Below, piece after piece: positions 36,472 to 48,733 of a DNA stretch of 64,000 nucleotides; positions within the stretch are counted from its first letter, which is position 1, and each line of letters opens with the position of its first letter. Source of the DNA: Octopus sinensis (lineage: Eukaryota); NCBI RefSeq assembly GCF_006345805.1, contig NC_043005.1:8804001-8868000 (forward strand), written 5' to 3'. Under the pieces are notes generated by a model that worked only from the letters and a program-made list of their open reading frames with translations, had not been told where the DNA came from and searched no databases. The position numbers and the translations under genes were made by a program.

Positions 36472-37945
36472 AGGTATAATCCCAGTTGGTTGGCTGACTA
36501 GCAAGCTGGCCGTCTGGCCGTAGGCATGGTGTTTGTCCAGTTATACAGAGGAGGTATCCAGCGTGCCCAGCACCAACACGCAGATGATGATCAAGCAATT
36601 ATCATCGACATCAATGGGATGACCGGCTCCGCACCATATGTTACCACTAGCCGCAGCAGCACTAACTCTGACAGCCTCATCGTCTACCATATGACCACAT
36701 TCCCTCTCACAATCTACCCACACATATATGTGTATGTGCGCGCGCGCATGTATCCTATATAGTAAATATATAAACAAGGAAAATTTATTTCTTTATCCGT
36801 AGACTGAATAAAATATGATAAACTGCCTTAATCGATTTTCGAACCCTATTGGGGTCGGAAGTAGTTACATCAGTCTGATGAATCCCAGGGCAACACGCAA
36901 CCAGTCTGATTATATACTCAAAACATCCATGTGATACAGAGAACTGGGGGCTACTAATATTCATGCTGCAAATATTTAAGACTATATTTATTTTCACAAG
37001 TCTAGAGGAGTTGAAATATATGCTTTGTGCAGGCACATGAGATATTTACATGTAAAAATAATGCAACTAACTAACGTAACGAATTAGTCATTCCATGTCC
37101 ACACTAATGCAATAAAACTTTCTTGAAGTTTTCGCTTATCTGATATTATTGGATGTAGAAACGAATTGTATACTGCGTCCTTATTCTTCTTGCTAACTTT
37201 AGCTTTACCGTTTTACAATCCTTCATATATCTAAATTCAGTTTTAATAATGCCACAAGTAACTAGTCAATTGCTTTGGTATACTCGTAAATAGTCGAAAC
37301 AACTCTGACCATTACTATAAAATATATTCATTAACAACTTTCAGCTCTCCTTACATTGTTTCATCTTCTTAGGCTAATCTCTAACTTGGTATTTTTTTGT
37401 ACATCTTATCACCGTATTAAAGATATTGTAAGAATATAAAGAACAGAACGGCTGTTTACTACTATGTATTACTAACATTTTACTACTATTTCCTATTCTG
37501 AGTTTCTGGTGAATATATACGAATAAACTAGTTGATTCTAGGAGTGTAATAGTCTCTTTGGGCCAAGCTGTTTCCAATACATTTGACTTGGAAGCTAATG
37601 AGACAAACAATCTATAGTCTCCCTAATAAGCTAAAGCTCTGATTAATATGAATACAAGCAGTTTATATTTGGTGACTTGGCTTCCATATCTCTCGCTCAT
37701 TATATTTAATAGTTTAACCTCTGTTATGAAAGCCAGTGAATATTTTGATATTACCTTCGTAAATTAGTCCGAAGAAATTAATAGTGGAACTTTCACTTAA
37801 TATCGTGTGGATTTAATAACTTGGAGTTATAGTCTATAATGTTGATTGCTGTACAATCTTTTGCTGATTATCGGAAAGATAATTGATTCGAAAAATACAA
37901 TAACACAATATTCCTTATTGTGTTTACTATGAACAAACAGACACA

Positions 37946-37997
<52 letters not shown>

Positions 37998-38260
37998 TGT
38001 ATGCATATACATATATAAAAATACATATATCTGCATATATATACACACAAATATATATATATATATATTTAAATATATACATATACATACATATATATAT
38101 ACGTATATATGCATATAAATTTGCATGTATATATATATATATGTGTGTGTGTGTGTGAGTGAGTGAGTGTATATATATGTATATATATATATATGTATAC
38201 ATATATATGTGTATGTGATATATGTATATATGTATATATGTAATATGTATATATATAAAA

Positions 38261-38600
38261 TAATAGTTATCGCCATACTAATATGGCATTCTTATAAAAA
38301 TAAGAAAAAGCTGTCCGTATTAGCTCCATGAGGCCATCGCCTTAAGTTAGCTATATTGATACACAAACTGTATCCATATAACCTTCGAACAAGGGAGGTC
38401 AGTCGCTCCACACTACTTGACTGGCANNNNNNNNNNNNNNNNNNNNNNNNNNNNNNNNNNNNNNNNNNNNNNNNNNNNNNNNNNNNNNNNNNNNNNNNNN
38501 NNNNNNNNNNNNNNNNNNNNNNNNNNAGTGGAAGAGTCACGGACAATTTTTTGATGATTTCCAATCACGATTACAGTGGCGTACTCCGGATGAATGGTAA
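38261..38600 (-). mobile_element. Second copy of the 362-bp retrozyme-like unit, interrupted by the assembly gap
   Basis: Reverse complement of 38261-38400 aligns with 44745-44882 (..TGTTCGAAGGTT..GGAGCTAAT..GACAGCTTT..GCCATATTAGTATGGCGATAACTATTA); CCACTGTAA similarity continues beyond the gap. Confidence 0.7.
38427..38526. other. Assembly gap (100 N)
   Basis: Run of N. Confidence 1.
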
Positions 38601-39020
38601 CAGGAATCCGTAGGTGTAAAAATCCAGGAATTGGTTATCCAAATCATGTGTGTGTGTATGTATGTATGTATGTATGTATGTATGTATTATTTATGTGTAA
38701 TATATATATATATATATATATATATCTGTTATAAGAAAGCGGTAGACGTTACTTCAAGCACCAGCACGAAGCAATAACTCATCAACTATTTGTGACTGGT
38801 ACAGCTACAACCAGTTTGTTATAGATTACTGATAATGAAATCGGATACAACCAGAGTTTAAGTAAATAGGCTTTAACCGGAAGTTTATATGTACTATAGA
38901 TGCAGTTGGGAAGATTACTATACTGCCTGTGTAGTGGACTAACTAGTGGTATAGACTTTAACACTGAATTATAACTAGAGTTTTAACAGTATATGCTTCT
39001 TTAATTTTCTTGTCCTTACA

Positions 39021-39421
39021 TCTTTATATATAAAAGTGAGGTTGTGTGCTGTCTGTCTCCTACGATTTAGATTCCTAACTACTCCCACATTTTGCGGTGC
39101 AGTTTAACCAAAACCGGGTATCTTATAGTCGTGATTTATATCGAGCCCTTCTGCGTATTAGCGCGCGTCTACGATGAGTCTACGATTTAAAAAAAAATTA
39201 CCACCAATTTTTCGCATTTTTAATGCATTTTTGGCACATATAAGTGAAGTAACTCTCTAAAAATTTATTATTAAATCTCAGAACGTAAAAAGCAACAGTA
39301 ATATCCCCCCCCCCCTTTTGTGGTTAGCCATATTGAGATGGCTATTATAAAAATGCTTATATAGTTATTTCCCTTACAAACCCGAGCAACGCCGGGCTAG
39401 TTGGTAGTTGCTAGCTGCTAG
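39021..39421 (+). mobile_element. Non-autonomous Helitron-like element
   Basis: A|TCTTTATATATAAAA 5' end; CCCGAGCAACGCCGGG hairpin; CTAG|T 3' end at 39418-39421; homologous to 14791-15212. Confidence 0.75.
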
Positions 39422-40211
39422 TTGCTTATAAATAATTCATCTTCCGTCATTATATTTCCCTTTACAAAATTTCACTTACAATGACGGTGTCGTTCCCATT
39501 AATTATAGTTGAGGAGATATCGAACTCAGTACATTTCGGTTATAAGTTTATAATTGCGTAATCACTTCTCTGCATAATTTTCTTAACAGGTAGTAACAAA
39601 ATTTTGAGTAGGTCGTGTAACCTGTTGTTTGAACGATGTATAAGCAGTTAAATAGATATGTGATTTTTTTTGTAGATGGATTTCAGAGATAACTAACCAA
39701 CGAAGATGGATGGATCGATAGTTGGATGAACGAAAAAGCCAGATTGGATTTTAGATAAATATCAGAGGAAAGAACGTTATGGTGTATATGATTGAAGACG
39801 TATGCTTGCATCATATATATATCTATATATATATATATATATATATATTTGTATGTAGTATATATATATATGCGTGCGTGGAGGAGTATATAAGCACATA
39901 TATGTAATACATATGTACATAGTAAAACCTATATACATACAAATGTCGTAAAAGCTTGTATGGTGTTGTGTGTGTCTACACACACGCTCGCGCGCGCCCA
40001 CGCTGCCGCCCACACGCATATGCTGTATGTGTGTTCGTGTGAGTAAATCGCATACGTAAGTTACTGTTAAAAATTTCGTCACAGTTTCCTGTTCCACACA
40101 GCGGTATCTGTGAGAAGTTCTAGGTGGACTAATTTATACTGAATTTGGGATGAACTTTAGGGACGTGAATTGTGTGGAACCATTTTACTTTTGTGTTTGC
40201 GTGTGTGTGTG

Positions 40212-40253
<42 letters not shown>

Positions 40254-40631
40254 CACCGTTGCACGCTAGTTATTGGAGTATTTAAGCATCAATAAATTAG
40301 CGTTTCAGTGGAAATAGTAGCACAGAAAGAGGATCAAACTTAATGTAATTACTCGGACGATTTGATCGCCCAAGTCTTTGAAGTTGATGCACCAGTGTGC
40401 CGGCTTGCCATGACTGGAACAAGAAAAAGAGTAAAGAATACATACATACAAGCGTGCATGTATGCATGCATCCATTCATTCATCCATCAATCCATCCATC
40501 GATCCACCTATCCATTCATCCATCGATCCAGTCATATATACATACATACACACATACAACACACACATGGATACATACATATATAATTCACATACCAAGA
40601 TACATATACATACACATATACATTTTTTTTA

Positions 40632-41013
40632 GGAGCACTCCGTCGCTTGCGACGATGAGGGTCCCAGCTGATACGATCAATGGAACAGCTTGCTCGTGAT
40701 ATTAACGTGCAAGTGGCTGAGCACTCCACAGACACGTGTATCCTTAACGTAGTTCTCGGGGATATTCAGCGTGACACAGAGAGTGACAAGACCGGCCCTT
40801 TGAAATACAGGTACAACAGAAACAGGAAGTAAGAGTGAGAGAAAGTTGTGGTGAAAGAGTACAGCAGGGATCACCACCATCCCCTGCCGGAGCCTCGTGG
40901 AGCTTTACGTGTTTTCGCTCAATAAACATTCACAACGCCCGGTCTGGGAATCGAAACCGCGATCCTCTGACCGCGAGTCCGCTGCCCTAACCACTGGGCC
41001 ATTGCGCCTCCAC
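40632..41013 (-). mobile_element. SINE family C
   Basis: Near-identical to 16094-16480. Confidence 0.9.
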
Positions 41014-41639
41014 ATATGAATATATACATACATACATATTGGCCAGAATCTGACAGCAGAGAGACCTAAAATCATGTAAACAAACCGCGGCCGCCACCGC
41101 TAAATTCACCAAATGTATCTAAGTAACCAAAGACAATTGATATATGCAACAGAGAAACATCCTGAAAGCACAGTGCAGAGTAAGCTTTTCTACTTTTTAA
41201 AAACTATCATTAAGCAACTTGCCTTTATTAAGAAGATTAATAAAAGATCCAACAGCTCCAATTTTGAAAGAGCATATGGAATTATTTGATGTTAATTACT
41301 AGAATATTAATACCTCCACATTCACAGCTGCCTTCACTCTTAAAGAACACCTAGGAGAAATCTGCACTATACATTGTAATGAAGCTACTAAACGGAAGCA
41401 ATGTAGATGGTGGGGGGGGGATCTTAAGAAAAACATCAATTTGCGTTGCCATATTGAATGGTGAACCACGATAATAAAATATAAGTGGAAGAATGGGCTT
41501 ACACATCATTAACTGCATCTGCATATTATGAAAAAGTTTACTAAGATCTATGGTGACTTTATATACCAAGTCCTGGAGAAAAGGTTTTTTTTACGTGAAA
41601 ACACGAAATCAAGGCACTGAAGCAAAATTTTCGCTGCCG

Positions 41640-43420
41640 CAAGCGAATGTTTTAAAGAGCCTGTATAAACCGCACTTTTGCTTCTAATCCACTGGCTTTA
41701 TGCAGAGAGATGAAGAAGGAATGTTTTACCGTGAAGAAAACCCCTTCTCAAGAAGCACCTGAACCATTCTCGTTGAAAATCTGGAACGAAAAGAGGAATC
41801 TTCACCTTAATGTAAATTCAGTAACGAGAGAATACTATAGCAGTATCAACTGCAAAACATATGCGATTGACCCGAAAGCTTTCATTATAGCTGTAGGCAA
41901 ACTGCATAATTGGAAGGCACCTGTAAGAGACCTGATAACTGGATACTGGTACAAGAGGCTAACATTTTACAGGAAACCACTAAAACGCATACTCAAACGT
42001 AATATGGCAGGACAGATCGACATACCAAATTGATTTGCTATGAAACCACCGACTTACCTGCATATTACAGGCCCATTTGCTTGCCTGAACTTTATGTACA
42101 ATCTGTACGCAACTCGCGCTAACCATTTCCTCCAGGACCAGTGTGGATCCAGTAACATAGTGACAGATGAGCAGGCCGCTGCGGAGGAGGGGATGTGATG
42201 ATGTGCTAAACATCTTTTCGTAAACAAAGCTCAAAAGTCTGAGGTGAAAACCAAAACGTCATTGTAGGAGCCTTACATGTGTATGGCTTGTTCATAGGAA
42301 GGTATTTCATTGATTCTATTCCTTACACATAGCTGCTGGCTGATGTGCTATGGCAAAAGTACCTGCTACCATAATTGCTGTCATTGAGAGCTCACAAAGA
42401 CCTGGGTAATGATCCTCACACTTGGAATAGAGAGTAGAACAATCATCTCCAACGCCATAGATATTTCAAGGGGAATATTCCAGAGAAAGTGTATTACTGT
42501 ACTTCTGTTCAGTTTGGCTTTAGATCTGTTATTATTTCTGTTACAAAGCAACTGCTAGAAATATTGATGTAACCTATAATTTCTTTTTGGATGACCTCAA
42601 GATTTGTGCTAAAAGTGTTGAAAAATAAATAGCATATTAACAACATTTTCTCCTATTTTACACAAAGAATGCTACAATTATTTAGGCATTGACGGAAACT
42701 TATCACACGAAGGAGCTGCGAATAAAGATAGAGTGAACCGAGAATATTTTGTCAGCCTAGAAAAAATATGACAGTTGAAACACTCCTCATACAACAGGAC
42801 AATATTCTACAATGCATTTACAGTACCAGCGCTGGTTCCAGCATTGGTCGGTAGAAGAAATCCTTTCCGCGGACGTTGAAACCCGCATGACACTGATATC
42901 GACCGGAAATCTTCAGAAGAATGGTGATATCGACAAGAAGAGGTAAAGCAGGTAAAGGCTTGAGATCAGTGGAGTTTTCGAATATCGAGTAATCCTTTCT
43001 ATCCCTCCCTCTCCCCTTATACCTCTCTCTCTCTCCCAGACTGCACTTGCTAAAAAAGAGCAGCAAAAATAAAAAGAATACACTAAATTAGTGAAAACAA
43101 CAATACTTTACGTGTTACCAGCGAGACCCTCAGCACGCACACTTCCTGCTGACCTCCAAAACAACCCTAAAACAGCCGGACTAATTTAGCTCACAGGAGA
43201 CCTGGATGTGAAACGCTCAGCATAGAAAAATAAAAAATAAATAGATCATGCATGAGTATGTTTCTTGATCATTTGAAGACTGTTATATTAACACAGAAAC
43301 AAAACTTCACTTGGAGTCGTGACCGCTCCATCATATCACATTTCGAAGGGTATGCATTTGCAATCAAATAACAGGAGAATGCTACAAAATATCTAATAAC
43401 AAGAGACAGTGAAACTTGGC
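41640..43420 (+). mobile_element. Old, decayed R4/Dong-clade LINE (RT to pre-knuckle region), divergent family
   Basis: KLHNWKAPVRDLITGYWYKRLT; GPFACLNFMYNLY; DISRGIFQ; FFLDDLKICAK; LGIDGN..NREY; NAFTVPAL; NFTWSRDRSIISHFEGYAFAIK*QE..TKYLI in colinear order, with many stops and frameshifts. Confidence 0.8.
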
Positions 43421-43581
43421 GATAACTGGTCTGAGACCTACGCAAAGTTTTCAAAAAGTTTTCATCGTTCTCGAAACAATCCGGTAGATCTAGTTCAATT
43501 GAAACCCGTATATGTATTTTTGATCAGCCGAAAGCGGTTTTGGCACAAACTTGGCCGACACGCATCTCATCCCCAAATCTT

Positions 43582-43612
<31 letters not shown>

Positions 43613-43645
43613 ATATATATACTAGGTGTGATCTATATATCATCA

Positions 43646-43683
<38 letters not shown>

Positions 43684-43845
43684 GATGTTGTTGTTGTTGT
43701 TATTATTAAGATATATTTTTTATATATCCATCACGGCTGATCATGTCAACTGGTTTCGCACTAAGGGTCCAACGGAATATTAGGTAACAAACCGATTATA
43801 TAACGCTACGCTCATCAGATGTATATACATACATACGATATACGT

Positions 43846-43877
<32 letters not shown>

Positions 43878-44497
43878 AGCTTTTATGTATACATATATAC
43901 ACATACTTATACTTTCTGCAAACATCCACAACACAAACTTACACAAACAGATGCACACGCACAAACGAACACATACACAAAACACGCATGACAGATCTTT
44001 AAGCAAATGTCAAGGGAGACCAAAACTGAAAGTGTACTCGCTACAAATCATGTAAATAACAATAGACCGAATAGTTATATTTTGCATATTATTTTAGGAA
44101 AGTATCATTGATTTCGTTGATTCTAATTGGTAGGCGGAAAAGAATGTTTTAGAATTCGTAACTCGGTAAAATTAATCAGAATTTTTCTGTCTGATTCAAA
44201 ATTTACAACAAATTAAATTTGTAACAATTAATATTATTTCTCTATGAGGCGTTACGTCAAAGAATTAGAATTAATTAGAATTAGAGAAGAAAGCAAATAA
44301 ATAATAGTAACATTGTAGGTGAGAACACACCTATAATTCGGCTTCGTCATCATATAGCGATATTTAAACATAGAATCGCGTATACCAAGTGTAACAAATG
44401 TATATATGAAACAAACGAGAAAGTAAGAAATTAAAAGACTTCAATATTCAAGGATAGAATCTCTAATTAAATCAATAATAATAATAAATTATATTAT

Positions 44498-44944
44498 TAT
44501 TAGTATGGCGATAACTATTAATATCCAGTAACGCTGCCGTAATCTCCTTTAGAGAGACTTAGTAATTTTAATATTTCTATTATTGAAAACAAGTGGATGT
44601 ATTCCACTGTAACTAGGTAAATAAAATCTTCGAACAGACGGTCAATAGCGACACCTGCGGGTCTGACAACGCTGCATTGATAAAGGGCAACAACTCTGAA
44701 ACATGTCTGCAGATGTCTGACTAGTAAGGTGAAGCGGCTGATCTCCCCTGTTCGAAGGTTTGTAATGGACGCAGGTTCGTGTGTCAAATAGCTAGCTAGA
44801 GGCGGTAGCCTCTTGGAGCTAATCAGCGACAGCTTTAGTCTTATGTTTATAGACTGCCATATTAGTATGGCGATAACTATTAATATCCAGTAACGCTGCC
44901 GTCATCTTCTTTAGAGAGACTTAGTAATTTTAATATTTCTATTA
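44498..44944 (+). mobile_element. Retrozyme-like unit: 362-bp monomer plus 85-bp terminal direct repeat
   Basis: 44498-44582 equals 44860-44944 (2 mismatches); internal HHR motif; no ORF; homolog at 38261-38600. Confidence 0.65.
44672..44712 (+). ncRNA. Type I hammerhead ribozyme motif with U3-A8 core variant
   Basis: CTGCA-TTGATAA-AGGG caacaa CTCT-GAAAC-AT-GTC-TGCAG; predicted cleavage after GTC at 44707. Confidence 0.65.
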
Positions 44945-45054
44945 ATAAATTATAATAAACTGGAAAGAATGAGTAAATAAATAATCCTGTAATTTATGTG
45001 ACACATGCATGTTACATGTTACACCTTTAAAACATGACGGAGGAATATATATAT

Positions 45055-45113
<59 letters not shown>

Positions 45114-45280
45114 GTGTTTGTGCGTGTGTGTGTGTTTGTATGTGTGTATACTCATTTATATGCTATATATCTTCATATACACAAGCACACACACACACAC
45201 ATACGCACACACACACATATATATATATATATGTATATCCACACATAAATGCATCCACCTACATACAGGAACAATCCATA

Positions 45281-45551
45281 TCTATTATATAAAATCCGTT
45301 CTGTCTGTCTGTGTGTGTGTCTTCTAGGATCTCGGGCATCCTCCATCCGATGGCGCTCAAATTTGATATGTAGATACCCACGGTATCAGGACGTGTATAA
45401 TTCTTCAAAAGATTACAAAAATCGATTCCAGGTGAGAATGCGATCGTTAAAGCCGTGTGAACGTGCTTTTGTACCGCCAAAGTTAGGTTAAAATTTGGTT
45501 TAAATGTTTGACAACTCAGCACCGTCCATTGGACAGGGGGCGTTTTGCTCG
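45281..45551 (+). mobile_element. Second non-autonomous Helitron-like element
   Basis: A|TCTATTATATAAAATCC..(CTGT)n 5' end; GTCCATTGGAC hairpin; degenerate CTCG|T end. Confidence 0.45.
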
Positions 45552-45565
45552 TATATATATATATA

Positions 45566-45605
<40 letters not shown>

Positions 45606-46335
45606 CATATATATATATAAGTTACCTCAACGTTTAAGTTTATATCCTTCATACAACTAATACAACGGTTACCATTCACGTACTATCAAAACCACCCTTC
45701 CATCTTCCACCTCCAACACTCTACTATTATCCCTTGCCTCATTAATAACCCCTAACCCTGAAATTTATATTCTCCTCCCACAACCCTCTATCTAAATACC
45801 TCCTTCAAATACACTTCGTTCTCCTTCAAATACACTTAGTTCTCCATAAAACCCTTCCATCTGTAATCTCCCTTCTGTCAACACCTCAAATGTAAAATTT
45901 TCCCATGAAGACGGAGGCTGGTATTATTCGATGATGGAATAAATTTTCAATCATGATTTTGAATCACCGATTCCACTGAAACCGCTGTTGGACTCGTAAA
46001 TTCCTAATATTTCTATTTTGTGTATGACGAACCTTCTTTTATGTAAACATATCGACCTATGTTTGTATCAAATGTATTTTAATAATTTTTGTATATCAAT
46101 TTGTCTAACTTGTTTATCCTTATATTTACTCCTACACCTACTCAAATTTAATACTCTTGAGCACTACTAAGTGTAGTCCATATGGAGAATATCTGTCTCT
46201 CTCTCTCTCTTTTTCTCTCTCTCTCTCTCTCTCTATATAATATATATAGATATATATGTATATATATATATGTGTGTGTATATATATATATATATGTGTG
46301 TGTGTATATATATATGTACATATATATATATGCAT

Positions 46336-46367
<32 letters not shown>

Positions 46368-46424
46368 ATATTATATATATATATATATAATGATATATAT
46401 ATATGTACATAATATATACACACG

Positions 46425-46514
<90 letters not shown>

Positions 46515-46548
46515 ATATATATGCATATATTATATTACATGTATATAT

Positions 46549-46610
<62 letters not shown>

Positions 46611-47848
46611 ATTATATATATATGTATATGCTTATATACACAAACAGGTATACATTCAGATCTCACGTCTGTGATATATGTGCAAACAGTGAAACGTCTA
46701 TTTGCTAATGTTCTTCTCAGCGTAGCACAAGTAAGATAAAATCCAATTTTGAATTAAGGGAATCTCTAAAAATGTATAAGTTTCGAATTGAGTACATTAT
46801 TCCTGTTCATATACTCTCACCAAATATATTTTAGACGTATGTAAATGTATGGATTATGTTTTCGCCAGTGTAGCGATATGTGTTTGCCGGTGCGTGCTTA
46901 TATGTTCATTAACCTGATTAGTGTCGGCTCCGTCGCTCATTAAAGATCATGGATGAAAGTCCTAATTATTCGCCCTTCTGAAACACCGTTGTCTGTTGCT
47001 GAACATTCTCATGAGCGAATGGTAGTGTCTACCACACAAATTGCACTTTTTAACTCTCGCAGTGCTGTCTAAATTGTAGAGTTTTTTTTTCTATGGCTCC
47101 AGCATAGATTGTTCATAGAGTCCAGGCCTCAAAATATGATAATGGGGACAGATTGTCGAATGCTGAATGTCCTCTCCTTCCACATTGCCGGTAGATCTAA
47201 AAGCACAGTACAACTTTTATATTTTGACACCAGCGTCGTGCCGGAAGCGGTATGTAATGGCGAATTGCATGACAAGCTTCAACTCACGATATTTCCTCAG
47301 CGTTTGCCACTGAATCCTCTCCTTTGGCTGGGTATAGCTGCAAGAGTAACGGAAGTTACGAATCAGGGTTTCCTTTTGTCTAGATTGGGTGATCACCTGA
47401 TCCAAATCCAGGTTAACGAGCTCCATCTCTCCGACCGATTTGCTAATTAAGCCATAATCTTGACAATGACAACTACTTCTAATCCGGGTCAGAGTAGACC
47501 GGAGAACAATAGTCTTTAAGATGTAGTTCCACTGTTTCCGATATCCTGAAACACCGGAACAACCAGCGCCCCACTTGTGGGGCCGGCTAATTAGTACATT
47601 ACAAGTGAAATCTGTGAGTGGAACAGTAAAAATATGCAAGAATTTTCTCAAGTTTCAAATGTGAATTTGTCTGTGTTAACTATATCCCGGCTCCCTCCTC
47701 AGTGGAAGATTTATAATAATTAAATAATAGAAGAGACATACATACTTACTTAGGTACATGCATATATAGCTACTTCCGTATATACATACCCAAGTAAGTA
47801 TATATATATATTATATATATATATATATATATGCTTACATGTACATAA

Positions 47849-48234
47849 GTGGAGGCGCAATGACCCAGTGGTTAGGGCAGTGGACTCGCGGTCATAGGAT
47901 CGCGGTTTCGATTCCCAGACCGGGCGTTGTGAGTGTTTATTGAGCGAAAACACCTAAAGCTCCACGAGGCTCCGGCAGGGGATGGTGGTGATTCCTGCTG
48001 TACTCTTTCACCACAACTTTCTCTCACTCTAACTTCCTGTTTCTGTTGTACCTGTATTTCAAAGGGCCGGCCTTGTCACTCTCTGTGTCACGCTGAATAT
48101 CCCCGAGAACTACGTTAAGGGTACACGTGTCTGTGGAGTGCTCAGCCACTTACACGTTAATTTCACGAGCAGGCTGTTCCGTTGATTCGGATCAACCGGA
48201 ACCCTCATCGTCGTAACCGACGGAGTGCTTCCAA
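47849..48234 (+). mobile_element. SINE family C with 11-bp TSD
   Basis: TSD ACATGTACATA at 47837-47847 and 48235-48245. Confidence 0.92.
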
Positions 48235-48310
48235 ACATGTACATATGCATATATACATGCATATATAAATATATATTTATACACACACACGCTCATATAT
48301 ATATCTATAT

Positions 48311-48598
48311 ACTCTTTTTTCTCTTTTACTCTTTTACTTGTTTCAGTCCTTTGACTGTGGCCATGCTGGAGCACCGCCTTTAGTCGAGCAAATTGACCCC
48401 GGGACTTATTCTTTGTAAGCCCAGTACTTATTCTATCGGTCTCTTTTGCCGAACCGCTAAGTGATGGGGACGTAAACACACCAGCATCGGTTGTCAAGCA
48501 ATGCTAGGGGGACAAACACAGACAAACAAACACATACACACATACATATATATACATATATACGACAGGCTTCTTTCAGTTTCCGTCTACCAAATCCA
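48311..48598 (-). mobile_element. SINE family A, lacking tRNA head
   Basis: Tail and body match family A; stops at TACCAAATCCA. Confidence 0.85.
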
Positions 48599-48681
48599 AA
48601 TATATATATATATATTTTTAACAATCTGTTGATCTGTCTGTCTATCTTCCTTTCTCTCTCCATATATACATACACACACAC

Positions 48682-48733
<52 letters not shown>

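Noticed and set aside
36500-36720. GC-richer island with 78-aa ORFs on both strands
   Set aside because: No recognisable homology or splice signals
47109-47651. Overlapping 113-aa (+) and 144-aa (-) ORFs in GC-richer sequence, with a PHYHIL (HUH-like) string downstream on the minus strand
   Set aside because: Could be a TE coding relic but I cannot assign it; HUH resemblance is a single short motif after a stop; needs tBLASTn/HMM
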